From Candidatus Marinacidobacterales bacterium (lineage in GTDB: Bacteria; Acidobacteriota; Vicinamibacteria; Marinacidobacterales; SMYC01): 64,000 nt of DNA. A program made the translations under genes and the position numbers. The stretch spans positions 2,912,001-2,976,000 of the forward strand of contig OZ250169.1 in assembly GCA_965237955.1 (NCBI GenBank), read 5' to 3'. Positions within the stretch are counted from its first letter, which is position 1. Every line of letters begins with the position of its first letter. Positions 1 through 11,038 of this stretch are shown one piece after another. Under the pieces are notes generated by a model that was not told the DNA's origin, ran no database searches, and was given only the letters and a program-made list of their open reading frames with translations.

Positions 1-1
1 C

Positions 2-904
2 CTGATTGGGAACCGTGTTCCGAATACCTTCTTCGAAAACCAGCTCAGCGATACGGGCGTTCTTCGGTTTATTGACGTCACCGACCGCACGGACACACAG
101 TTCTATCCGAGTACTTTCGGTACGCAGTTCGCTGATTTCGACGACGACGGCGATTTGGATCTTTACTTGATAGGGGCCCAAGGGAATCCAAACGGAATCT
201 TTCGGAATGACGGAGACGGAACGTTCAAGGAACTTCACTTCGCAGAATTGCTTGATGAGAATATTGACGAACTTTCAGTTGAGAGTGTTGGCGCAGCACC
301 TGACCCTTCAATTGCCTACCAATCGTCCATGACGTTATCAGCCGGCGCGCAAGCGGTGGACTACGACAATGATGGCGATCTCGACCTGTTCGCTCATGAT
401 CAAACGGGTCCCATTGGACGAACGCTCTTCCGGTACGATGGCGACTTTCGGTTTACTCACGTATCGACCCAGGAGGGCCTTCGGACGGGGCCCGACCAGG
501 GCTACGACAGCACCTTTGTGGACTACGACCTCGACGGCGATCTCGACTTGTTTGCCTCAACGGGCGCGGGCCTGCCTCAGCGATTCTTTGTCAGTTACGC
601 CTCGACGAACGGAAACGGGTGGTTGTTTGTTCGCCTCAAAGGCACCAAAAACAACCCCTCCGGTATCGGAGCTCAAGTCTACGCAACGATTCATCAAGGC
701 ACGCCCCAGGAGCGAACCCTCAGGCGCGATACCTTTCTAGCGATGATCGGCACGTTTCATCAGGACGACTTGCCGGTTCACATTGGTTTGGGAGCGGCCC
801 AGGTAGTCGATGAGCTGCGAATTGTCTGGCCCAACGGCGTGACTCAGGTGCTCACGAACGTTTCGGCCGGTCAGTATTTGGAGGTAGCAATTCCTAGCTC
901 CTGA
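2..904 (+). CDS. CRTAC1/ASPIC-UnbV family FG-GAP repeat protein, 5'-partial at window edge
   Basis: Frame open from base 2; repeated DxDxDGDLD motifs; C-terminal NPSGIGAQV...HIGLG...IVWPNG ASPIC/UnbV-like domain. Confidence 0.85.
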   Translation: MIGNRVPNTFFENQLSDTGVLRFIDVTDRTDTQFYPSTFGTQFADFDDDGDLDLYLIGAQGNPNGIFRNDGDGTFKELHFAELLDENIDELSVESVGAAPDPSIAYQSSMTLSAGAQAVDYDNDGDLDLFAHDQTGPIGRTLFRYDGDFRFTHVSTQEGLRTGPDQGYDSTFVDYDLDGDLDLFASTGAGLPQRFFVSYASTNGNGWLFVRLKGTKNNPSGIGAQVYATIHQGTPQERTLRRDTFLAMIGTFHQDDLPVHIGLGAAQVVDELRIVWPNGVTQVLTNVSAGQYLEVAIPSS

Positions 905-1400
905 GCCGTTTCCGCGGACGTCCGCTCGTATTCGATACGAACGGAAGGTGGATCGCCTCCAGGTCCCTTCAAGTAGTGCTCCAACCAGCGGAGCGTCCTC
1001 GAGCTGCGGTCGAGCCGTGAAGCGGCTCGGTCGTATGCGTGTCCTTCGCCTCGGTAGAGAACGAGCCTAACCGGCACCTTCCCCTGGACCTTGAGGTGGC
1101 GATAGAGCTCCATGGCCTGGCTGGGGTGAACCCGCGGGTCCTCTGCGCCGTGCAAGATCAGGATCGGCGTGCGGGCCCGGTTCACGTAGTAAATGGGCGA
1201 GCGTTTCATGAAGTATTCCCAGTCGTCCCAAAGCCATTTGCGGTGGTGCACCATGAACATCTCGTAAGGAATGTCGGTGGTGCCGACCTTGGAGATGGCG
1301 TCGCTGATGCCGGCGGACATGACGGCGGCGGCGAAGCGATCACTGTAATAGGTGGCTCCCCACGCAGACGCGTAGCCTCCGTAGGAGCTGCCGGTGATGC
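871..1400 (-). pseudogene. S9 prolyl oligopeptidase C-terminal fragment
   Basis: GITGSSYGG nucleophile motif, HGAEDPRV, GEGH; 5' part replaced by end-1 at 1401. Confidence 0.85.
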
Positions 1401-1775
1401 CGTCCTGTGCCAAAACTCGGCCCTTTTGAAATAGGCCATAAATCAGCAGTTTAGTGTCTGTGTTTGCGACCGGGCCAAGGGCCGTGGGCTTTACAATCGT
1501 CTTGGGCGGGCGGGTCGTCACCATGCAGATGACCACCTCGTCGAGAGCGAATATCGAAGCGTGTTCCTGAAGCTGTTTCCACGCTACGCCGGTCGAGCCC
1601 GCCGAGGGGCTACCGTCGCCGGCGACCATCTACGCGGCACGGCAGTAGTAGTTTGAGAATGCCCCCAAGTCGCTCTCGCGACACGATGGGGCCAGCGTCA
1701 TTCGCGCTTGCCGGCAGAGGTGTGAGGAGACCTTGGTGGTTCCGTTCTCTGTGTGATAGTGCACTACGTATTCGT
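1401..1775 (-). mobile_element. Right end and degenerate 3' tip of the end-1 rve-integrase IS
   Basis: Matches the start of the full copy at 28180, with internal deletions; NYYCRAA C-terminus. Confidence 0.85.
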
Positions 1776-1935
1776 CATCGCCCCGTGGCGAGCCCGAGAT
1801 CTGGGGCGTGTCGGAGGCGATGTCGGCGATTTGGGTTCTCCGCACGCGCGGGGAAAACACCGTCCAGCAGCGGGATGCCACGCTCCCGGGCGGAGACCTG
1901 GATCCAAGCCCGGGCCGCACCTGGACCAGAACGTG

Positions 1936-2101
1936 CTAGTCCCCTGGAACAGAGGTTCGTGGCCTAAAGCTCGACGCCATTTTGTGGGCTGGCGAGGCGT
2001 GACGACGAAGTCATATTGGAATATTTCGAGGAGGAACAACGAAGCCAGCGCGCAAAAAGGGCCCGAGATTTAGGTTACGAACCTCTGTTCCAGGGGACTA
2101 G
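1936..2101. mobile_element. MITE with CTAGTCCCCTG ends inserted at CTAG (IS630-like)
   Basis: 25-bp perfect IR ctagtcccctggaacagaggttcgt; empty site gtgctaggc in the homologous region near 21378. Confidence 0.75.
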
Positions 2102-2593
2102 GCCGGCTACGCCGCGGTAACCTCAGCTTCGATTCTGAGCCCCTCGGGCGGCCTCTTTTCCGCTGCCCGCAAGGTCTTCGGTCAGAGCCCTGCGTACACA
2201 GGTTTCGGGAGAAGGCTGTTTTACGTGCTCTCGGGTTTCAACCTTGGTGCCCATTTCCTTCTATCCTCTTCCCCTACAGCGATTTAACGGCCTCCGTCAC
2301 GTGCTGGTCCCCGCACGCATCATCGACGGGTGATGAGAAGACGCTCAATGCCTAGATCGCGCCTGAGGAGAGGGCGAATAGCGGAATTCGAATTGGCCAA
2401 ACCTCGAATTCATCCAGCGGAGTTTTACGGAGGAAACGAAGATGACTCCGCAGACGGTCCAGTACAAGGAGCTATCCGAGTCTGGAAACCATGACAGGGA
2501 ATTTGGGCCAGTTTAAGTCTGATTGGTGGAGGCCAGTGTCGGAGAGCAGCTTGCTGCTAACCGAGGCCATTCACGAAGTGGGCGCTGGCAGGC

Positions 2594-4256
2594 TCACAGC
2601 GTTTTGACGAGCACTCGCTGTTTCTCCCAATCGTCGGGAAGCGGATGATGCAAGAGGTAGCTCGAGGTCAGCCCAACGGGCTGGCGGCCTTCGACAATGG
2701 CGCGGACGATGTCGGGAGCCAGGAAGGCATAACGGATTGCCTTGCGCACGCGGTCCGTTGGGATGGCGTTTTCGGTGGCAATCTCCTCATAGGTTTTGCC
2801 TGCTTTGATTCGGTCGAGCCAGGAGAGGGCGTTTCTGATATTGCGCAGGAGTGTGCGGTCGACGGATTTCGTGGGGTTGCCCAGAACGAGCTTGGTCTCG
2901 ACGCCGCGTCGACGCAAGCGGAACGGCGCGTGGATGCGGAGCGTATCCTCGCGAATGCGGTCGGGCTCCATAGACAGGCAAGCAGCGAACGCATTGCGGT
3001 CGAGGAGGATAGACACAGAGCCTGGGCTGATGTCGACCCGCCGGATAAGACGGAGCAGGGGGGCTGCCGAGGCACTATCATTGTTACTACCGGAACACAG
3101 CCCGTCTAAAAAGCGACGCACCGAGGCGAGCTCTTGCATCGTCGGAGTGTGGATCAACGAGGCCGAGAAGGTCGTGACATCCACATTGCTGTCGGATGAG
3201 ATGCACGACGGTCTGTTCCAGCATCGGGGCGGGCAGTCGCCAGCCGGAGAGGTCCTTTTGGCCACTGTGCTGGATGAGGCGCCGGGAGACGTAGTAGCGG
3301 AGCCGTTGCCCGTTTTTCTTTTTGGTGTGGCTCGGCGTCAGCCGGTCCCCGGTCTCGTCGAAGAGCTTGCCGGCCAGTGGGGAAGGGGCTGCACGGCCCT
3401 TCGTCGTGCGTCTCCTTGGTTTGGCAGCCCCTGCCTGCAGCTGCGTTTGGACCGCGTCCCAGAGCTCCGGAGCAATGATCGATGGATGCTGGCCCTCGTA
3501 GACACACCTCTGGTGCCGGATGCGGCCGGCGTAGAGAGGATTGGTCAGCAGGCAGTGGAGGTGTCCGCGACGGAACGGCAGCCCGCCCGTTCGGGTTCCA
3601 TCCGCGGTGAAGCGTTGCTTGGTACGCAGTCTCAGACGGTCCGCCTCGGCCTTCACCTGCCGGAGCGTTCCGTGCTTTCGGTACAGCGCATAGAGCGTCC
3701 GGACCGTTTCGGCCTCAGCCTCGTTGATGCGCAGCGTGCGCCCGTCCTTCTCATAGCCTAGCGGTACGCGGCCGCCCATCCATAGTCCCTTGCGCTTGGA
3801 GGCAGCGACCTTATCGCGGATCCGCTCGGCCGTGACCTCGCGTTCGAATTGTGCGAAGGACAGCAGCATATGCAGCGTCAGTCGTCCCATGCTGGTCGCG
3901 GTGTTGAAGGACTGAGTCACCGAGACGAAAACCGCGCCGGCCGCCTCGAGCCGCTCGACGAGCTTTGCAAAGTCGGAGAGGGAACGGGTCAGCCGGTCGA
4001 CCTTGTAGACCACAATCTGGTCGACGAGACCTGCGTCGATGTCGGCGAGCAAGCGCTGCAGGCCCGGGCGCTCCAGGGTTCCTCCCGAGAGCCCCGCGTC
4101 CTCGTAGACAGTTGGCAGCAGCACCCAGCCCTCCGCTTTCTGGCTCGCGACATACGCGGCGCAGGCTTCTCGCTGCGCATCGAGGGAGTTGAACTCCTGT
4201 TCGAGACCCTCTTCCGCACTCTTTCGCGTATAGATGGCACAGCGGATCTTCTTCAT
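2594..4256 (-). pseudogene. Large serine recombinase, copy 1, frameshifted near 3186
   Basis: AIYTRKS catalytic motif; near-identical to intact 46631..48292 with one extra base. Confidence 0.9.
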
Positions 4257-4257
4257 G

Positions 4258-4689
4258 TTAGGCCTTGCGCTTGGGCGTCAGACCGAAAAAGCGTGGTCCT
4301 GACCAGTGGGTGCCGGTGATTCGCTTTGCGATGGTAGTGAGGGACGGATAGGTTTTGCCATCGAACCGATAGCCGTTGTCGATTACCTCGACCTGGTAGG
4401 TCCGGCCATTCCACTCGCGGACGAGATGGGTGCCGGCAGAAACGGACCCTGCGGGAGCGTCGGAGCTTGGTGTCTCGTTCGCCATGGCAGCCAGAGCGCG
4501 CCGGGTTGCGGCCGAAAGCCCGCCATGGGTCCGGCACTGGCGTTCGTGCAAGAGAACGCGGCGCAGGAAAACACGCGAGAGCGAGCTTGGAGGAGCAGCC
4601 CCAAAGGTCTGCTCCCAGACCCGCCGTAAGCTGGCGAAGTCCAAACCGTCCAAAACGACGTTCCGGCCAACCCCTGTATCCTGCGGCAT
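4258..4689 (-). CDS. DUF2924 domain protein
   Basis: GTHLVREWNG...SLTTIAKRITGTHWSGPRFFGL; immediately upstream of the recombinase. Confidence 0.85.
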   Translation of the reverse strand: MPQDTGVGRNVVLDGLDFASLRRVWEQTFGAAPPSSLSRVFLRRVLLHERQCRTHGGLSAATRRALAAMANETPSSDAPAGSVSAGTHLVREWNGRTYQVEVIDNGYRFDGKTYPSLTTIAKRITGTHWSGPRFFGLTPKRKA

Positions 4690-4899
4690 CACCGAACGTT
4701 CGCTCTTGTGCTCGATAAAGTCCAGTCTAATGAGGGACTTCCGGGTGCGAAGTTCACTGGCCGTAGCTCGCCCCGCAGCCGATTTGAGCCAGCCGTGCGC
4801 ACCCCCGGTGGGCCTGTCGCTCGCCACCCGCAGCTCTGGGGTCGGAAGCCAGCCCTGCGGCGCGAAATACCCTCGATTTTGCGCGGATTCCAAGGGCGT

Positions 4900-4953
4900 C
4901 TAAGCTGCTGATTTGTGGTCTATTTCAAAAGAGCCGAGTTTTGGCACAGGACG
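4900..4953 (-). repeat. end-1 terminal repeat capping the DUF2924-recombinase module
   Basis: Same junction (cttagacgcccttggaatcc) recurs at 30609, 45935, 58533. Confidence 0.9.
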
Positions 4954-5119
4954 CGGAAGCACCCGCAGCGGTGGCGGCAATCGACGGGCTGATCGAACAT
5001 GCCTCGTGACATAAACGTGTCTTCCGGTACATTTCCATGCCATCTGACACCGGGGTGCAGAGCGCTGTGGAGGGCGCAAAGATTGGTTTGAACGAAACGA
5101 GTGGAGGCTCTCGCCGGTC

Positions 5120-5647
5120 TTACTTGCTCAAGGCCGGCACTCCGAGCCTCTTCAATCGCGCCGCGACATCCGCTCCCGCGCTGTGCGTGTTGACGCTTCT
5201 GTCGATGTAGAGGATCTTGCCTTCGGCGTCGACATAGTAAGTCCAGCGGTGCGGCAATTCACGCTTCGCCGTTACGACCCCATAGGACTTCGCGACGCCT
5301 TTGTCGGGATCGCTCAGGATCGGATAGTCGAGCGAGAGAGATTCGGCGAATTCCTTGTTAGTCTTGACCGTGTCACAGCTCGCGGCGAAGTAGTTGACCG
5401 CAAAAGCACGGATTTCGTCGCCGCTCTCACGGAGCGACTTGCATTCGGCCGTTCAACCACCGGTAAACGCTTTCGGAAACCACGCAAGGACCACAGCCTT
5501 GCCCCTTAGCTCGGAGAGCCGGTAGGACTTTCCGTCGGTGCCTTGGAGCTCGAAGTCGGGTGCCTCGTCGCCAACCTGTAGTTCGGCAGCACCCAGGGAG
5601 CCTCCGATAAACATCACACCAAGAGCCCAGCCAGCGATTCGCTTCAT
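5120..5647 (-). CDS. BCP/AhpC-type peroxiredoxin with in-frame UGA (probable selenocysteine)
   Basis: [10 protein letters not shown]...[20 protein letters not shown]; frame continues 110 codons with Prx motifs (YPILSD, RWTYYVD) to TAA. Confidence 0.85.
5420..5438 (-). promoter_or_regulatory. Candidate bacterial SECIS hairpin
   Basis: GUCGCUC-CGUGA-GAGCGGC stem-loop starting about 14 nt 3' of the UGA at 5453-5455. Confidence 0.55.
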
Positions 5648-5927
5648 TGACAACACTCCCACTCCAATATAAGCACCTATAACTCGTAGCACCAATTGGA
5701 ACTTAGCAATTCGCTTCAATGACAACACTCCCATTCCAATCGTCACAACCCAAAGCGGAAGTCTAGACCCGGCCAGCGGGCATGGCAACCGACGGCGGAG
5801 TTCCTGTTGGTTCAGTAGCTCAGGCATTGTGGACGTCGAAGCTCCCGCCTTCGAACCGAGGCGCCCGCGGGCGAAGAGCCCGGCTGGCCGAGCGAGCCGA
5901 GGAGGCGAGCGAAGGATAAATAATGCC

Positions 5928-6065
5928 CGTGAGGTCAAAATACTCATGCTGCTTCCCGATGGTAGAAACGTAGCAACCCGCCAAGCCGTTCACGGGAGCG
6001 CACCATAGACACTAAGCTGCTGATTTATGGTCTATTTCAAAAGGGCCGAGTTTTGGCACAGGACG
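5928..6065. mobile_element. Hybrid MITE-C (end-3 CGTGAGGTCAAAATACTCATG plus end-1)
   Basis: Near-identical copies at 42755..42886 and 48690..48824. Confidence 0.8.
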
Positions 6066-7079
6066 GGGTTGCTCCGCGGAAGCTTTCGACCCGAAGCAGC
6101 CATCACCGCCCTTCGTGGCTACCTCCGCCACCGAGAGACTCTCGTTCAGAGTGCGGTAACCCATATCCAGCGCATGCAGAAGGCTCTCGTGCAAATGAAT
6201 CTTCAACTCCACCTTGTGGTCACTGATATCACGGGTGTCACTGGCATGCGGATTCTACGAGACATCGTTGCCGGACAAACCGACCCCCATCGGCTCGCCA
6301 AGCACCGTGACCACCGTTGTCAGTCCTCCGAGGCCGAGATCGCCGCTGCACTCACCGGCAACTATCGCCCCGAGCACCTCTTCGCTCTCAAGCAGAACCT
6401 CGAACTCTTTGATGCTTTTCAGCTCCAGATCCAAACCTGTGACGTGGCCATCGAATCGCACCTGCAGCTTCTAGCTCAACGCTCAACCCCGAACACCTCC
6501 TTGCCACCGCCTCGAAAATCGCGCAAGCCCCGAGTGAACGAACCTCGGTTCGAGCTCTGGCCTCTCCTCCACCAGATCGCCGGGGTCGACCTCTCCCAGA
6601 TCGACGCCATCGGACCCTATTCCGCGCTTCGCTTGCTCGCCGAGATCGGTACCGATATGAACCGATGGCCTACTGAAAAGCACTTCACTTCCTGGCTTAC
6701 CCTCGCGCCCAATAACAAAATCTCCGGCGGGCGACTCCTCAGCTCGAAAACACAACCCTCTGCAAACCGCGCCGCTGGCATTCTCCGCATGGCCGCACTC
6801 AGCCTCGGGCGTACACAGACCGCTCTCGGCGCCTACTATCGACGTCTCGCCTATCGCGTCGGTAAATCCAAAGCCATCACCGCCACCGCTCGAAAGCTCG
6901 CCATTCTCGTCTACCGCACTCTCAAGGATGGGCTCGTCTATCAAGACCCCGGGGCCGCCGCCTACAACGCTCAAGATCGCTCCCGTGCCGTGCGCCGCCT
7001 GACCCAACGCGCCGCTGACCTCGGTTTCGCTCTCATCGACACTCAAACGGGCGACGTCGTTCAGGCGGTAGTTTCTTAG
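6066..7079 (+). pseudogene. IS110-family transposase, 5'-truncated
   Basis: GLLRGSFRP, IQRMQKAL, SWLTLAP...ISGG, AITATARKLA; N-terminal DEDD region replaced by end-1. Confidence 0.85.
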
Positions 7080-7109
7080 GAGAATGGGCTTGACTCCTGC
7101 GCTGGTACC

Positions 7110-7165
7110 TGTGCCTTCTATTTATTCATCCGCGCGCACCGAACTTGATTAGTCTCCGGTCTGGC
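7110..7165 (+). repeat. end-4 repeat (TGTGCCTTCTATTTATTCATCC)
   Basis: Also at ~21152(-), 39872, 42235, 42392(-), 60320; precedes an integrase N-terminus in other copies. Confidence 0.75.
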
Positions 7166-7505
7166 GTTCTCGACCCGGCGTCCGAACTCTTCGGGAAACC
7201 GTCTCTCCAGACTCGAATGGACACCCACAAACACGAGCTCCGGAGCTGCGACCGAATAGATCCTGCGCCAAAAGCGCCAAAACCCGTCTGGTCAAAATAC
7301 GCGAAGGCCCAGCGGGTCAGCAGTTTGCACCTACGACCTGCCCAGCATCCTTTGACTACGCCATAAATTCTGGCTAAAGTACTCTACTTGTACTGACTTA
7401 GTTGACCGGCAAGCCATCGTCAGGTGTCAGGGGGACCGCCTGCCCGACTGGCTGAGCTGAATGCCCAAAAAGCTTTGACCTGGACTGAAAAGGAGCGCAA
7501 GAGCA

Positions 7506-8002
7506 TGAAGAAGATTATCTCTACAGTGTTTGTATTATTGACATCCATGAGTATGGCAAACGCCGACCAGTATTTGCAGGCATCCTCAACGATTACCCAG
7601 TGCCCCGGCAATGCACCCGTGGTCGTTAAAATGGATGTCACGGATGCAGCCAATGGCCTTGCCCTAAAAGACAACAAAATCACTGTAAGTGAAGCCGGAC
7701 CCTATCTGATAGTCGCTGCGCCCCAAGTGGGACGCGAAGGTGGAGGACCCTATGGTTGCTTCGATTTATGGCTACGTGTTAATGGAGATGATGTAGCGAA
7801 CTCCAACGTACAGCTGTGTCAGGATGCCGACAGCAGGGCGAAAGACGTCATCATATCGCAGGGAATCGTCCCACTGAAGGCGGGTGATGTTGTAGAAGTC
7901 ATGATGTCAGCTAATAATTCAGAGGCGAACCTATGCATTGAAGCTATCCAGCCGGCCGGTGAACCATTGGTGCCTTCGATCATTTTCTCGATGATCAAGT
8001 AG
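7506..8002 (+). CDS. Secreted protein, C1q/BclA C-terminal-like beta fold
   Basis: RBS aaggag; signal peptide MKKIISTVFVLL...ANA; TVSEAGPYLI, LRVNG, LKAGDVVEV pattern; AT-richer than flanks. Confidence 0.6.
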
Positions 8003-8106
8003 TAAGATTTGTGTAGAAGTTGAGAAATTCTCCGACGAAGGTGCCGCTGGGTGTACCAGCGCCAAGCCTCGGGCATCAAGGCCCTCCTCTTGGTCTGATT
8101 GGCAAT

Positions 8107-8259
8107 CTGAACCGCCCCGGGAATCCCGGAGACTGTTTCAGTTGAGTCTCGCCACCTTGAGCGAGCCTTGTTGCGAGCGATAGTAGTTCAGTTCGTGCTC
8201 GACCGGTGGGATGTTTCCGATCGGTTCCAAGAGTCGTTGCGTGTTGTACCAGTGCACCC
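8107..8259 (-). mobile_element. IS3-family (IS51/IS6110-like) right-end remnant
   Basis: IR TGAACCGCCCCGGGAATCCCGGAGAC; C-terminus VHWYNTQRLLEPIGNIPP; cut by end-1. Confidence 0.8.
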
Positions 8260-8393
8260 CGTCCTGTGCCAAAACTCGGACAGCCACGACATCCCCAAGC
8301 GCCGGCCTACGGCCCTTGGGGATGTCGCAAACACAGACACTAAGTTGCTGATTTGTAGCCTATTTCAAAAGAGCCGAGTTTTGGCACAGGACG
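8260..8393. mobile_element. 134-bp MITE bounded by two end-1 repeats
   Basis: Inverted cgtcctgtgccaaaactcgg termini. Confidence 0.8.
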
Positions 8394-8543
8394 GGGTGAC
8401 CCTTGATACCTCGCCACAAGGGGGCTGGTCATGGACCACACCGCTGGGCGGCACCGCAGATCTTGGTCAAGATGCGGTCGCCGAGCGTTTCTTTGGTCAG
8501 GCCGGTTCGCAGCGGACCGTCGAAACCCGAGAGGAGGAGAAAC

Positions 8544-9356
8544 GTGAAGTATCGTCATTCATTCCTGCAGGTACTCGCGGTTGTCTTCCTCGCTGGCACA
8601 CAATACGCCTGCCGGGCGGATGCACCGAGCCAGGGGGATGCAGAGGACCAGATGGACGCGGAGCGCGCGCAGGGCGCAGCGACCGGCGAGGTTCACTGGA
8701 GCTACGAAGGCGACACCGGACCGTACCAATGGGGTGGGCTGGATTCGTCCTTCGCGGTCTGTGACAGCGGGGTCCAGCAATCTCCGATCGATCTGACGGA
8801 TGCGATCTCGGCAGGCGGAGGGGGACTCGAAATCCAGTGGCAACCCGCGGCGGGCGAGGTCGTGGATAACGGACATACCATCCAGGTCAACATAGACGCT
8901 GGGAGTTCCATCACTCTGCAGGGCCGGCAATTCTCGCTCTTGCAGTTCCACTTCCATCTGCCGAGCGAACACACAGTCGATGGGGAAGAGTACCCGTTGG
9001 AGGTCCACTTTGTGCATCAGGCCGAGGAGGGTGATCTTGCGGTGATCGGGGTCTTCATGGACGTCGGCGGCGTGCACTCGGCCGTCCAGAGCATCTGGGA
9101 TGCCATACCAGGCGTCGATCAGGCGCCCACACCGCTGGTCGACCTCGATCCGAACGCCTTCCTGCCCGGAGGCCGGAGCTACTTCCGGTACGCCGGCTCC
9201 CTGACGACGCCACCCTGCTCTGAGGTGGTCAACTGGGTGGTGCTTACCGAGGCAATTGCAGTTTCGCAGGCACAGGTCGATGCCTTCGCGGCCCTATATC
9301 CGATCAACGCGCGTCCGGTCCAGCCACTCTATCGGCGGTTCATTCTGACGAGGTAG
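8544..9356 (+). CDS. cah: Alpha-class carbonic anhydrase, exported
   Basis: HWSYEG, QQSPID, NGHTIQ, QFHFH, SEH, EVHFVH, GSLTTPPCSE; GTG start after GGAGGAG. Confidence 0.92.
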   Translation: MKYRHSFLQVLAVVFLAGTQYACRADAPSQGDAEDQMDAERAQGAATGEVHWSYEGDTGPYQWGGLDSSFAVCDSGVQQSPIDLTDAISAGGGGLEIQWQPAAGEVVDNGHTIQVNIDAGSSITLQGRQFSLLQFHFHLPSEHTVDGEEYPLEVHFVHQAEEGDLAVIGVFMDVGGVHSAVQSIWDAIPGVDQAPTPLVDLDPNAFLPGGRSYFRYAGSLTTPPCSEVVNWVVLTEAIAVSQAQVDAFAALYPINARPVQPLYRRFILTR

Positions 9357-9456
9357 CGAAGGGGAGTAAGAAGATGTATACGATGTTCATGGCCGCTCCG
9401 TAGTTGCGCGTTATCTGCAGTGCTGGGCCGAGCCAGCCGCGACCACAGCACTATCC

Positions 9457-9672
9457 CGTCGTGTCCAAAAATACAAACGGACTCAAGACCGGCGCGCCGG
9501 GGCGTTTCGGATGAGAGGTGTCTAGGCTTGGTTGGCAATGGGAGCTAGACTGAGAGGTCTTTTCGGGAGCACCGATCACAGAGTCAGTGCCCCGTCGGCT
9601 GGTCTCCGCGAATTTCGAGAACGCCTCGAGGATTCGGGCTGTCGGGCTCTGTTCGTATTTTCGGACACGACG
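9457..9672. mobile_element. MITE with end-2 inverted repeats (CGTCGTGTCCRAAAATAC)
   Basis: 22-bp imperfect IR; abuts a truncated end-1 arm (9673..9772). Confidence 0.75.
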
Positions 9673-9772
9673 CGATTGTAGGGCCTTACGGCCCTTGGCA
9701 CGGTCGCAAACACAGACTCTAAGCTGTTGATTTATCGTTTATTTCAAAAGGGCCGAGTTTTGGCACAGGCCG

Positions 9773-10102
9773 GGGAAGAATTATCGAGCCACGATGCGAA
9801 CCGAGCGACGCAACCTTGTTAATGCCATCAAAATCGCCACTTATAATGCCGAGCGCCTACTGGCCCGCCGCTTCTTCAAGCACTACAAAGATCCCAGGGA
9901 TTGGTTAACTTTTTTCCGTTCGATTCTCCAACTCCCAGGCACAATAGCAAACAGATCGACCGACGAGATTGTCGTTGAGCTCAGGCCGCCGGACGAGCCA
10001 AAAGTCCGTCACGCCCTTGCGCTGACGCTCGCCGAGCTCAATGCTCTCGGAGGACGCACCTTTGGAGACGGCCAAAGGCTCACATTTGCGTTGAAGAGTT
10101 AA
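9773..10102 (+). pseudogene. Putative transposase C-terminal fragment
   Basis: NAIKIATYNAERLLAR...RSILQLPG pattern; 5' cut by end-1. Confidence 0.55.
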
Positions 10103-10548
10103 ACTCTGGCGCTTGATTTTTCTTGCCGTTTTAAAGGAGTTCTGAGTCTAATGGGGTGTCGGCATCGGGGGCGTTTTCTTCTGCCCGCCGATACGCGTTC
10201 TTCCTTTTTTGCGGATCACAATCTTCTCCAACCATTCAAAAGGGCCGAGTTTCGGCACAGGACGCCATTCCAAAGGTTGGTGGTCTCCATCATTATTACA
10301 CTCGACGCGCTGCTTGAGTCCGATCTGCTCGGGACGGCTGCAGAACTTCGCACCAGCTTACACCTCTACCCCTGAGTAGAGCCGACGCCGGCTCTCAAAA
10401 CGTCCTACATGAAGATGACCAGAGCGTCCTGGTTACAGGCAGTTTGACAATCTCATGCAGCTCAAGTTTATGGAAGGGACAGCGGTCCGGGCCCTAGAGT
10501 CCAGTCCCGGACTCATAATGATGATGGACAACCCACCCTGGCCTCGAA

Positions 10549-11010
10549 TCAGGCCGCCGTCTCGGGGTCGGGCGCGCTCGCATCGACGAGCGCCCAGCTA
10601 ATGCAACGTTCCGCGTCATCAAGACAACTAGCCGCGCCGGAATCCTTAAGGAATGCTACTCCAGGCTTGACCAGACAGCAGGGAAACTCTAGAGCCAGAT
10701 CCGCCGGTAGTGTCGCCGCCAACCAGGCCAAGCCCTTCGTCACGCCCCCGCCCGTCCAGGCGGTCACGCAACGAACCAGGACGCGCCGCTCGGCTCCCTC
10801 GAGAAGCCAGCCCACCGCGCCGGTCCAGGTGTTCCTGATGCTGAGCGCGTAATAGGGGAATCCTGGCAATGGCACCGCCTTGCCACCGATGGCTACCTCG
10901 ACGGTAGAACGCAATGCGGCCAGCATCTCGAGTCGTACATCCGAGCGTGGCGTCTTCTCTGTGTGGCAGGTTGATAGGGTGTAGTGGAACATCACCTCAC
11001 CGCCGCTCAT
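10549..11010 (-). CDS. Hypothetical protein, paralog of 14200..14880; upstream cut by IS5
   Basis: Shares PRSDVR, PLPGF, SIRNTW.GAVGWL, VRCVTAWT, PCCLV, LDDAERCI.WAL. Confidence 0.65.
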   Translation of the reverse strand: MSGGEVMFHYTLSTCHTEKTPRSDVRLEMLAALRSTVEVAIGGKAVPLPGFPYYALSIRNTWTGAVGWLLEGAERRVLVRCVTAWTGGGVTKGLAWLAATLPADLALEFPCCLVKPGVAFLKDSGAASCLDDAERCISWALVDASAPDPETAA

Positions 11011-11038
11011 TCTGGGCCATCCTGGCCGGAGATCTGCT

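Noticed and set aside
871-1629. ORF-track N-termini such as [21 protein letters not shown] on many ORFs
   Set aside because: Translations of the terminal repeat, not a protein domain.
7395-7490. Riboswitch upstream of the secreted protein
   Set aside because: Only vague resemblance to TPP/ZTP motifs; key conserved segments not found.
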